Below, one piece after another: positions 27,412 through 36,590 of a stretch of DNA of 64,000 bases. The notes under the pieces are model-generated. The model saw nothing but the letters and a program-made list of their open reading frames with translations, was not told the DNA's origin and searched no databases. Source of the DNA: Clostridia bacterium (GTDB taxonomy: Bacteria; Bacillota; Clostridia; TANB77; CAG-465); NCBI GenBank assembly GCA_045604405.1, contig JAZUNZ010000048.1, positions 25,939-89,938 of the forward strand, in the 5' to 3' direction. The position numbers were made by a program, and so were the translations under genes. Position 1 is the stretch's first letter. The number at the start of each line of letters is the position of its first letter.

Positions 27412-28230
27412 ATGAAAACAGTAGTAATAACTGGAAGCGCTAGAGGCTTAGGCTTTGAGATGGCAAAAGTTTTTAGAAAAAACGATGTAAATGTAATGTT
27501 AAGCGATTTAGATGAAAATAGATTAATTGCCGCCAAAAGCAAATTGGAAAAGATAGAAGGTAACGCTGGTGTAGCTTATGCAGTATGTAATGTAACTAAA
27601 GCAGAAGACATACAAAATTTAATAAAAGTTACAAAAGAAAACTTTTTAAAGATAGATATATGGATAAATAATGCTGGTGTAAATCAACCAGAAAAACCAA
27701 TTTGGGAGCTTTCTGAACAGGAAATCGATACGGTTTTAGATGTGGACTTAAGAGGAGCTATTTTAGGTTCTAAATATGCACTAAAGGAAATGATGGAAGA
27801 GCATGAAGGCGCAATATATAATGTAGAAGGATATGGTAGTAATGATGCTAAAATGTTAGGTTTATCTATTTATGGAACAAGTAAAAGAGCTATAACATAT
27901 TTTACTCAAGCTTTAGCAAAAGAATCTCAGGAGAAAGATACTGGGGTAATAATTGGAAGACTTAGCCCTGGAATTATGATAACAGATTTTATTTCCAATG
28001 CGCTAGGGGACAAAGAAAGAATAAAACTATCTGAAAAAACTAAAAAAGTATATAACATACTAGGAGATTATCCAGATGTTGTAGCAAACTTTTTAGTTCA
28101 AGAAATGTTACAAAATGATACTAACGATGTAAAGATAGAATGGCTTACAAACAAAAAGGCAATGTGGCGTTTTATGACTGCACCGTTTAATAAAAGAGAT
28201 TTTTTCTCTGATAAAAAAAGTATTGGATAA
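27412..28230 (+). CDS. Short-chain dehydrogenase/reductase
   Basis: VVITGSARGLGFEMA (TGxxxGxG), NNAG, and Y-x-x-x-K (YGTSKRA). Confidence 0.88.
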   Translation: MKTVVITGSARGLGFEMAKVFRKNDVNVMLSDLDENRLIAAKSKLEKIEGNAGVAYAVCNVTKAEDIQNLIKVTKENFLKIDIWINNAGVNQPEKPIWELSEQEIDTVLDVDLRGAILGSKYALKEMMEEHEGAIYNVEGYGSNDAKMLGLSIYGTSKRAITYFTQALAKESQEKDTGVIIGRLSPGIMITDFISNALGDKERIKLSEKTKKVYNILGDYPDVVANFLVQEMLQNDTNDVKIEWLTNKKAMWRFMTAPFNKRDFFSDKKSIG

Positions 28231-28336
28231 ATAAAGTTAAAGAAAATTATTGAAAACGCTTGTCAAAAAAAAATATATATGATATATATATCATATATTA
28301 TATATATATATAATAAAACAAGGAGGAAGAAAGAAA

Positions 28337-29503
28337 ATGAAATTAAACAAAAGAAGCGGAATATCATTAGTTGTTTTAGTAATAACAATAATTGTAATGA
28401 TAATCCTAGCAGGGACAGTTATTTTGTCTATAAGCAATACTGAAATAATAGACAGAGCAAATGAAGCTAAAGATGCCCAAGATGAAGCAACAAAGAAATA
28501 CCAAAATGCTTTAGATTACGCTAACATATTTATTGAAGGTTTAGCTTATACACAAAATAAAACAAGCATAACAAGAAGACAAGGACAAGAAACAATAACA
28601 TTAGCTGTTGGAGATACTGTAAATTATAATGAAGCAGTAAAAGATGATGGAAGCGCAGTAACAGGATTAAAAGATGTTAATTGGAAAGTTCTAGGAGTAG
28701 AAAACGGAAAACTATTACTCGTATCTGACGTAGCGGTAGATTTATTTACTGTTCATCCGCAGGGAATAAGCAGACAGGAAGCGGGAAATCAATATATTCA
28801 TATAATTAACACATTAAATAGTAAATGTGCGCCATATGGAAAAGGTAAATATGCTATAGGAGCTAGAAGCATTACAGTAGAAGACGTAAACAGAATAACA
28901 GGATATAATCCTTTAAAGACGGGGAATGGAAAGGCGTATAAAGATGGCGAAGAAGGAGAATATGGAAATGAAATAACTTATACAATAGATCCTTCTAATT
29001 ATATTGCAATTAGCACTACTAATGGTCTGACTGGTATTGCAAATGGAAGTAAAAATGGCACACTGACAGAAGCTGATACGGCGTGTTCTACATTTGAGTT
29101 GCCTAATGGAAAAGTGCTTGGAAAAGACATGCAATCAATTACAGTAAAATCAACATACTATAGATATTGGGCTAATACACTTACGTCTGATTTGACGGGG
29201 GCCACATTAGGTTTGGATATAGATAGTCCAGCACATGAGATGCTTTTTGAAAACTTAGAAACAGACCATCCAAACAATTCGTGTTGGTTGGCAAGTCAAT
29301 ATCAGTATACGCGTATAGGCCGTGTTGTGTACGGATTATTATATACGAGACTTGAGTCTGGCACAGGGAAGATTGATGGTTTTGCTATGTTCCAAACTAA
29401 TAAAGAAGGTAGTCATTCCACACAAGGAATTCGTGCGGTTGTTGAAGTTGATCCTTATGCAATATTAGAACCAGCCGGCGCTAATGCATGGACTTTAAAA
29501 TAA
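28337..29503 (+). CDS. Surface protein with a pilin-like (class III-like) N-terminus lacking Glu5
   Basis: MKLNKRS-G-ISLVVLVITIIVMIILAGTVILSI. The N-terminus is shared with the 62458 and 63455 genes. The 3' flank carries the conserved 24-nt motif. Confidence 0.75.
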   Translation: MKLNKRSGISLVVLVITIIVMIILAGTVILSISNTEIIDRANEAKDAQDEATKKYQNALDYANIFIEGLAYTQNKTSITRRQGQETITLAVGDTVNYNEAVKDDGSAVTGLKDVNWKVLGVENGKLLLVSDVAVDLFTVHPQGISRQEAGNQYIHIINTLNSKCAPYGKGKYAIGARSITVEDVNRITGYNPLKTGNGKAYKDGEEGEYGNEITYTIDPSNYIAISTTNGLTGIANGSKNGTLTEADTACSTFELPNGKVLGKDMQSITVKSTYYRYWANTLTSDLTGATLGLDIDSPAHEMLFENLETDHPNNSCWLASQYQYTRIGRVVYGLLYTRLESGTGKIDGFAMFQTNKEGSHSTQGIRAVVEVDPYAILEPAGANAWTLK

Positions 29504-29508
29504 AATTG

Positions 29509-29591
29509 GACTCTAAGTCAATAGTTGGGGTGCAAATGATGTAAAAGTCATTTGCATCTCTTTTTTTGACTCTAAGTCAATAATTGGGGTG
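29509..29591 (+). repeat. Two copies of the 24-nt motif GACTCTAAGTCAATA(G/A)TTGGGGTG, each followed by a terminator hairpin
   Basis: Copies at 29509-29532 and 29568-29591. The hairpin tgcaaatga-tgtaaaag-tcatttgca plus a T-run lies between them. A third copy is at 63625-63648. Confidence 0.8.
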
Positions 29592-29732
29592 TATAACACC
29601 TTATATTTTTTGCTCTAAAACATATAAAATTGCTATAAATTAACTGTTAAAAATGCTCGAAAAATGTTGAAAACAAAAGATATTTGTGATACTATATATA
29701 GAGTAAATTATGTAAATAAAGGGGATAGTAAT

Positions 29733-31715
29733 TTGGAAGAAAAACATGAGTTGAGAAATAAGCTTATAAGAAAAGGAATATTAGTAATAATAGATGCGAT
29801 TTTAGTTGTGATTTCCTATGCGCTAGCTAATTTTTTTGTAGGGGAAAGCTATTTATTAAAAGGACCGGTTGATATATATATAATAGCTATAATAGTACAT
29901 ATTTCAGTCTATTTGTTTGTTAAAGTGTATAGAAGTATTGCTAAATATACAGGAGCAAGAGAGTATGCAATATATACATTTGCAACTTTGGTTGCAGGAC
30001 TCGTTTCTGCTCTTGTTGTAAAATTGTTGGGTATAGCTGGTTATACTATAAGAATTGTGCTATTATCTTCACTTTTTATGGCAGGACTTATGATTAGTGC
30101 AAGAGTAGGGTTTAGATTTTTAAATTCTTTTTTACACACTGTAAAATTAAGAAAAAAACAAATAGAAAAAGTTCTTATAATAGGTGCTGGCAAGACGAGT
30201 TTACAAGCTATAAAGAATATGCTATTAAATATTAATAGAAGGTACAAAATTGTTGGAGTAATAGATGATAGTAAAAAGAAGCAGAATTCTTATATAAACG
30301 GTATGAAAGTAATAGGTGGAAGAGAAAATATTATTCCAATTTGTGAGAAAGAAAAAGTGGATATTATATTATTTGCTATTACAAATATAAACAAAGTTCA
30401 AAGAAAAGAGTTGCTTAATATTTGTAGTGAAACAAAGGCAAAAATAAAAGAAATACCTAATTTAACAAGATTGTTACTTTCAGATGAACCTATTAAAGTA
30501 GAATCTTTTAAAGATGTTCAAATAGAAGATTTATTAGGTAGAGATCCAATCGAATTAGAAGACGCACAAATAAAACGTTACATATTTGGCAAAACCGTTT
30601 TAGTAACAGGCGGTGGAGGGTCTATTGGTTCGGAACTATGTAGACAAATAGCAGCCTGTGGCGCTAAACAATTGTTGATGGTTGATATATATGAAAACAC
30701 ATTATATGAAATTGAGCTAGAGCTTAGAAAAAAACATTCTGAATTAGATTTAACAGCAATAATTGCTAGTGTTAGAGATAGCAAGAGAATAAACGAAATA
30801 TTTGATAAGTATAAACCGGAAATAGTATTCCATGCAGCAGCGCATAAGCATGTACCTTTAATGGAGACAAGCCCTATTGAGGCAATAAAAAACAATGTAT
30901 TTGGAACATATAATGTTGCAAAAGCAGCACACACACATTCAGTAGATAAATTTATATTAGTATCTACAGATAAAGCGGTTAATCCTACAAGCATAATGGG
31001 AGCGACTAAGAGAATTTGTGAGATGATTATTCAGATGCAAAATGCAAAATCAAAAACAAATTATGTTGCTGTAAGATTTGGTAATGTTTTAGGAAGTAAT
31101 GGTTCTGTTATACCAATATTCAAAAAACAAATTGCAGCAGGAGGACCTGTTACAGTAACTCATAAAGATATAACAAGATACTTTATGACAATACCAGAGG
31201 CGGTAGGTCTTATACTTCAGGCAATTACTTTTGCAGAAGGTGGAGAAATATTTGTTTTGGATATGGGAGAACCGGTAAAAATATATGATTTAGCATATAA
31301 AATGATAAAATTGAGTGGTTATGAACCAAACGTAGATATACCAATTCAAATAACGGGATTAAGACCGGGAGAAAAACTGTATGAAGAGTTATTAATTTCA
31401 GAAGAAGGACTATCTAAGACATTACACGAAAAAATAATGGTAACAAAAATAATGGATTTTGAACCAAAAGAAGTAGAAAATGATTTAGATATGCTTAAAA
31501 AACTTATTAACGCAAAAGAAGTAGCAGATAAAGAAAAAGTTAAGAGCATAATTAAGAAAATAGTACCAACATTCATAGAGACAGAAAAACATACCAAAAT
31601 GGTTGAAAACTCAATGGGAAAAGAAAATAAAGTTGAGTACGTAATTACGGTAGATAAGAAAACAAGAACAAGAAATATGGAACATAAAAAGAGCAAGAAA
31701 AAAGTTGCTAAATAA
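29733..31715 (+). CDS. Membrane-bound UDP-GlcNAc 4,6-dehydratase (CapD/PglF/EpsC family)
   Basis: Four N-terminal TM helices. Two Rossmann motifs (VLIIGAGKTS; VLVTGGGGSIGSEL). The promoter TTGAAA-17-TGaTACTAT at 29667-29695 lies inside the track ORF, so the TTG at 29733 with SD aagggga is preferred over 29664. Confidence 0.85.
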   Translation: MEEKHELRNKLIRKGILVIIDAILVVISYALANFFVGESYLLKGPVDIYIIAIIVHISVYLFVKVYRSIAKYTGAREYAIYTFATLVAGLVSALVVKLLGIAGYTIRIVLLSSLFMAGLMISARVGFRFLNSFLHTVKLRKKQIEKVLIIGAGKTSLQAIKNMLLNINRRYKIVGVIDDSKKKQNSYINGMKVIGGRENIIPICEKEKVDIILFAITNINKVQRKELLNICSETKAKIKEIPNLTRLLLSDEPIKVESFKDVQIEDLLGRDPIELEDAQIKRYIFGKTVLVTGGGGSIGSELCRQIAACGAKQLLMVDIYENTLYEIELELRKKHSELDLTAIIASVRDSKRINEIFDKYKPEIVFHAAAHKHVPLMETSPIEAIKNNVFGTYNVAKAAHTHSVDKFILVSTDKAVNPTSIMGATKRICEMIIQMQNAKSKTNYVAVRFGNVLGSNGSVIPIFKKQIAAGGPVTVTHKDITRYFMTIPEAVGLILQAITFAEGGEIFVLDMGEPVKIYDLAYKMIKLSGYEPNVDIPIQITGLRPGEKLYEELLISEEGLSKTLHEKIMVTKIMDFEPKEVENDLDMLKKLINAKEVADKEKVKSIIKKIVPTFIETEKHTKMVENSMGKENKVEYVITVDKKTRTRNMEHKKSKKKVAK

Positions 31716-31732
31716 ACATAAGGGGGATAAAT

Positions 31733-32923
31733 ATGAATATAAAATTTTCACCACCAGACATATCAGAAAAGGAAATAAACAATGTAGTTGAGGTTTTAAA
31801 GTCGGGTTGGATAACAACAGGACCAAAAACAAAATTGTTTGAACAAAAAATAGCAGAATATGTAGGAACAAATAAAGCAGTATGTTTAAATTCTGCAACA
31901 GCTTGTTTAGAAATGATATTAAGAGTTTTAGGTATAGGACCAGGAGATGAAGTTATTACGTCAGCCTATACATATACCGCATCAGCAAGTGTAGTAGAAC
32001 ATATAGGAGCAAAAGTTGTACTAGTAGATGTAAAAGAAAATTCATTTGAGATGGATTATGATAAATTGGAATTAGCAATTAACGAAAAAACAAAAGCAAT
32101 AATACCAGTAGATATTGCAGGTATACCATGTGATTATGATAAGATTTTTGAAATTGTTAATAGAAAGAAAGCGTTATTTAATGCAAACAATGATATACAA
32201 AAATTATATAATAGAATAATTGTAGTAGCAGATGGAGCACATTCTATTGGAGCTGAATACAAAGGAATAAAAACAGGAAATGTAGCAGATTTTACAAGCT
32301 TTTCTTTCCACGCAGTTAAGAACTTAACAACAGCAGAAGGAGGGGCTTTAACCTGGAAAACAGTAGAAGGTTTAGATGATGAAAAACTATATAAAGAGTT
32401 TATGTTATTAACGTTACATGGTCAATCAAAAGATGCTTTAGCTAAAAATAAGCTAGGTGCATGGGAATATGACATTGTGTACCCCGCTTTTAAATGTAAT
32501 ATGACTGACATAATGTCAGCGATAGGTTTAGCTCAACTAGAAAGATATAATGAAATTGTAGAACAAAGGCATGAAATTATAAAAAGATATACAGAAGGCA
32601 TTAAACATCTTAATGTGACATGTCCAGTTCATATTAACGAGAATATGAAGTCTAGTGGTCATTTATATTTATTACGTGTAAATGGTATTACAGAAGAACA
32701 AAGAAATGAAATAATTATAAAGCTAGCTGAAAAAGGTGTGGCTACAAATGTACATTATAAACCACTACCTATGATGACAGCATATAAAAATATGGGTTTT
32801 GATATTAAAGATTATCCAAATGCATATAATCAATATAAAAATGAAATATCATTGCCATTACATACATTACTTACAGATGAAGAAATAGAATATGTTATAA
32901 ATTCAGTTAAAGAGGTATTGTAA
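31733..32923 (+). CDS. DegT/DnrJ/EryC1-family sugar 4-aminotransferase (PglE-like)
   Basis: PLP-lysine context FSFHAVKNLTTAEGGAL. N-terminal ..VLKSGWITTGP... 396 aa. Confidence 0.9.
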   Translation: MNIKFSPPDISEKEINNVVEVLKSGWITTGPKTKLFEQKIAEYVGTNKAVCLNSATACLEMILRVLGIGPGDEVITSAYTYTASASVVEHIGAKVVLVDVKENSFEMDYDKLELAINEKTKAIIPVDIAGIPCDYDKIFEIVNRKKALFNANNDIQKLYNRIIVVADGAHSIGAEYKGIKTGNVADFTSFSFHAVKNLTTAEGGALTWKTVEGLDDEKLYKEFMLLTLHGQSKDALAKNKLGAWEYDIVYPAFKCNMTDIMSAIGLAQLERYNEIVEQRHEIIKRYTEGIKHLNVTCPVHINENMKSSGHLYLLRVNGITEEQRNEIIIKLAEKGVATNVHYKPLPMMTAYKNMGFDIKDYPNAYNQYKNEISLPLHTLLTDEEIEYVINSVKEVL

Positions 32924-32925
32924 AA

Positions 32926-33621
32926 ATGTTATTAAAGTGGGAAAAACTTCCGGAAGAATTTAAAAATGATGCTTGTAAAGAATACTATGATGTTTTAAGT
33001 AAGAAAAAGGTGAGTTTATTCATTAAAAGATTATTTGATATAGTTGTTAGTATGTTCATGTTATTACTAACATCGCCTGTCTTGATTATACTTGCCATAG
33101 CTATAAAAATAGATTCAAAAGGAACTGTTTTTTACAGACAAGAAAGAATAACAAAGTATAACAAAAAATTTAGAATATTTAAATTTAGAACTATGGTTCA
33201 AAATGCAGATAAAATAGGCTCATTAATAACAATTGGGCAAGATAGCAGAATAACAAAAGTTGGCAAACTGATTAGAAAATGTAGACTAGATGAATTACCA
33301 CAACTAATAAATGTTCTAAAAGGGGAAATGACTTTTGTTGGTACACGACCAGAAGTTGAAAAATACACTACTTGTTATACTGATGAATTGATGGCTACTT
33401 TGCTTATGCCAGCAGGTATTACATCAATTGCTAGTATAAAATATAAAGATGAAGATGAAATAATAGATGAATATATAAAAAAAGGTGAAACTATTGATGA
33501 TATATATGTTAATAGAGTTTTACCAGAAAAAATGAAGTATAATTTGGAATATATAAAGAAATTTAGCTTTTTAGGGGATATAAAAATTATGATAAAGACG
33601 GTTATAGAAGTCTTAAAGTAA
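32926..33621 (+). CDS. Small monotopic phosphoglycosyl transferase (bacterial sugar transferase, PglC/WcfS-like), the initiating enzyme
   Basis: KRLFDIVVSMFMLLLTSPVLIILAIAIK..GTVFYRQERI..FRIFKFRTM..DELPQLINVLKGEMTFVGTRP. Confidence 0.9.
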   Translation: MLLKWEKLPEEFKNDACKEYYDVLSKKKVSLFIKRLFDIVVSMFMLLLTSPVLIILAIAIKIDSKGTVFYRQERITKYNKKFRIFKFRTMVQNADKIGSLITIGQDSRITKVGKLIRKCRLDELPQLINVLKGEMTFVGTRPEVEKYTTCYTDELMATLLMPAGITSIASIKYKDEDEIIDEYIKKGETIDDIYVNRVLPEKMKYNLEYIKKFSFLGDIKIMIKTVIEVLK

Positions 33622-33631
33622 GGAGAGCAAA

Positions 33632-34627
33632 ATGTTAGTATCATTTGTTATAGTAGCATACAATGCAGAAAAGTTTTTAAACAATAGTTTAGAATGTATA
33701 AAAAAACAAGATTACAATCACAAAAGCATTGAAGTGATTCTAGTAGATAGCAATTCTAGTGACAATACAAAAAATATAATGAACGATTTTAAAAAGAAAC
33801 AAGAAAATAATTTTCACAGAATTGAAGTTCTAGATAATCCTAAAAGGACATTGCCTTGCGGGTGGAATGTAGCTTTAAAAGAAGTTACAGGAGAAGTAGT
33901 CCTTAGAGTAGATGCACATACATTTTTTGATGATAATTTTATAACTAACAATGTACAAGCAATAGAAGAAGGAGAGAATATTGTTGGTGGTAAATGTATA
34001 AGTGTAACACAACAAGATAACTGGAAAGAAAAGCTTCTATTAATTGCAGAAGAATCAATATTCGGTTGTGGTATAGCAGACTTTAGAAGAAAAGAAGAGA
34101 AAGAATATGTTAGTACTTTGGCATTTGCCATGTATAGAAAAAAGGTTTTTGATGATGTAGGACCATATAATGAGAATCTTGCAAGAACAGAAGACAATGA
34201 AATGCATTATAGAATGAAACAAAAAGGATACAAGTTTTTGTTATCACCTAATATAAAATCATATAGATATGCAAGAAGTGATTTAAAGGGAATGATAAAA
34301 CAAAAATATGGTAATGGAAAATGGATAGGAATAACTTTAAAATATTGCCCTAAATGTTTTTCAATATATCATTTTGTACCATTTTTGTTTGTATTAGGCA
34401 TAATTTTTTCTGCTATTATGGCAGCAATAGGACTACCTATATTTGCGTATTTGCTAGCAGGAGCTTATGGACTATTTAATATAGCAAACATAATTTTAAT
34501 AACAATAAAAAATAAATTTAGTATAACATATTTATTATTACCGTTTATTTTCTTTATGTTGCATTTTAGTTATGGCTTTGGAACAATAGTGGGGATACTA
34601 AAAATACTATTTAATAGGGTGAGATAA
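33632..34627 (+). CDS. Family 2 glycosyltransferase with C-terminal TM segments
   Basis: VSFVIVAYNAEKFL..VILVDSNSSDNT..DAH..TEDNEM. Three hydrophobic helices at the C-terminus. Confidence 0.85.
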   Translation: MLVSFVIVAYNAEKFLNNSLECIKKQDYNHKSIEVILVDSNSSDNTKNIMNDFKKKQENNFHRIEVLDNPKRTLPCGWNVALKEVTGEVVLRVDAHTFFDDNFITNNVQAIEEGENIVGGKCISVTQQDNWKEKLLLIAEESIFGCGIADFRRKEEKEYVSTLAFAMYRKKVFDDVGPYNENLARTEDNEMHYRMKQKGYKFLLSPNIKSYRYARSDLKGMIKQKYGNGKWIGITLKYCPKCFSIYHFVPFLFVLGIIFSAIMAAIGLPIFAYLLAGAYGLFNIANIILITIKNKFSITYLLLPFIFFMLHFSYGFGTIVGILKILFNRVR

Positions 34628-35595
34628 TGATAAAAGTAAGTATAATTATTCCAATGTATAATGTAGAGAAATATATTGGGAGATGTTTAGATTCGCTAGT
34701 AAATCAAACATATAAAAACATTGAAATATTGGTTATAGATGATGCATCGAAAGACAACGGAAAAGATGTTGTAAAGGAATATATAAAAAAACATGAGAAT
34801 GTAATATTGATAGAATCAGAATCAAACAAGGGAGTGTCAAATGCTAGAAATATAGGAATAATGAAATCCACCGGAGACTATATAATGTTCTCTGATTCTG
34901 ACGACTGGTATGAACAAAATGCAGTAGAAACATTTGTAAATGTAGTAAATACAACAGGGGCAGATTTTGTAACAGCAAATTATTTTATTAGTTATGATGA
35001 TAATAAAGTAAAAGTTGATACTACTAGATATTTTTCACAAGAACATATAACAAAAGAGGAAATAATTAGTTATATGACATTAACTTCTTGTTCAAAGGTG
35101 ATAAAAAAGGAATTGTTTACAAACAATAATGTTTTTTATCCTACTGACATAAAAAGATGTGAAGAAATGACTGTTATTCCTGTTGTTGCATATCTTGCAA
35201 AAAAACCAGTAGCGATAAAAGATGTGTTATATAATTATTATCAAAGAGCGGGTTCAGCATCAAACAAAGTTGAAAAAGATATTTCTTTTTATGAAACAAC
35301 CTTTAATAGATTCGAAAAATATTTAGATTCTGAAAAGTATAAAGAAGAAGTAGAATTTAGAGCAATAGAACATTTAGCATATGGAAAGGTTTTAACTATG
35401 TTAAAATCTGATTTTGATAACAAGAAAATAAAACAATATATAGCAGATTTTTCACGTAAATACAAAAAGTTTAAAAAAAATAAATATTTAGCAACATTTA
35501 GTGTGCCAAAAAGAGTATTTATTAAATTATTAAATTCTAAGGTTTTGATATTACATAGAATTTTTGCGTATTTGCATAAAAAAGTAACTGCATAG
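34627..35595 (+). CDS. Family 2 glycosyltransferase
   Basis: VSIIIPMYNVEKYIGRCLDSL..ILVIDDASKDN..FSDSDDW (DxD). Confidence 0.88.
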   Translation: MIKVSIIIPMYNVEKYIGRCLDSLVNQTYKNIEILVIDDASKDNGKDVVKEYIKKHENVILIESESNKGVSNARNIGIMKSTGDYIMFSDSDDWYEQNAVETFVNVVNTTGADFVTANYFISYDDNKVKVDTTRYFSQEHITKEEIISYMTLTSCSKVIKKELFTNNNVFYPTDIKRCEEMTVIPVVAYLAKKPVAIKDVLYNYYQRAGSASNKVEKDISFYETTFNRFEKYLDSEKYKEEVEFRAIEHLAYGKVLTMLKSDFDNKKIKQYIADFSRKYKKFKKNKYLATFSVPKRVFIKLLNSKVLILHRIFAYLHKKVTA

Positions 35596-35604
35596 GAGGA
35601 AAAA

Positions 35605-36588
35605 ATGAAAGTAAGTATAATTGTCCCTATATATAATGTAGAGCAATACATAAAAGAATGTTTAGAATCGATATATGATGGGAATTTATCTGATTTTGAA
35701 GTTATTTGTATTGATGATAGGGGAAAAGATAATAGTATAGAAATCGTTAAACAATTTGTTATAGATAACAAGATTGATAATTTATCAATTATACAACATG
35801 AACAAAATAAAGGCCTAAGTGAAGCAAGAAATACTGGAATTAAGCTTGCAAAAGGTGAATATATAGTATTTGTAGATAGCGACGATATGATAATAGCTAG
35901 AAACCTAAATAGTTTAATAGATCATGCAAAAGCTAATAATTTAGATATTATAGAAGGTGAAATAGAAGAAATATATGAAACAGAATTAGATATAAAAGTT
36001 GATTCTGCAAAAGAAAGAAGTAATACAGACATTTTAAGTGGTTCAGAGTATTTTTCTTATACAAATAAAAACTCTGAATATGCACCAATGGTTTGGTGCA
36101 GAGCATATAAAACAGAATATATACGTGACAATTACTTCTTTGAGCCTAATTTAAAATTTGAGGATGAACAATTTTCACCAAGAGTAATAATTGGAGCAAA
36201 AAAAGTTCAATATATGAATCAAAAAATATATGTATATAGAAGAAGAGACAATAGTATTACAACTAATATTGTTAAAGATTCTTCTTGGATGAAACACTAT
36301 TTTAGAATTATAGAAAGTTTGTCAGAATATTTACAAACCATTGAAGATAAAGAGACGTATAATGCTTTGAAAGATAGAATAGATAATTTAGTATTATCTC
36401 TTATAAAAAATCCAATTGCTTATGAAGCGAATGATGATGTTTTAAACGAGACAATTAATATTATCAAAGAGAAGAAAATATATAGATTACCTATTAAAAG
36501 TAAAAACTTATTTATTAAATTACAAGGTTTTTTAATGATGTATCCAAAACTTTTTATTTTATTATATAAGACGAAAGGGAAAAAATAA
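35605..36588 (+). CDS. Family 2 glycosyltransferase
   Basis: VSIIVPIYNVEQYIKECLESI..VICIDDRGKDNS..FVDSDDM. Confidence 0.88.
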   Translation: MKVSIIVPIYNVEQYIKECLESIYDGNLSDFEVICIDDRGKDNSIEIVKQFVIDNKIDNLSIIQHEQNKGLSEARNTGIKLAKGEYIVFVDSDDMIIARNLNSLIDHAKANNLDIIEGEIEEIYETELDIKVDSAKERSNTDILSGSEYFSYTNKNSEYAPMVWCRAYKTEYIRDNYFFEPNLKFEDEQFSPRVIIGAKKVQYMNQKIYVYRRRDNSITTNIVKDSSWMKHYFRIIESLSEYLQTIEDKETYNALKDRIDNLVLSLIKNPIAYEANDDVLNETINIIKEKKIYRLPIKSKNLFIKLQGFLMMYPKLFILLYKTKGKK

Positions 36589-36590
36589 AA

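Noticed and set aside
28273-28300. Long palindrome atatatatgatatatatatcatatat upstream of the pilin-like gene
   Set aside because: It is essentially (AT)n low-complexity sequence, so its symmetry is expected by composition. It may merely be an UP-element-like AT tract.
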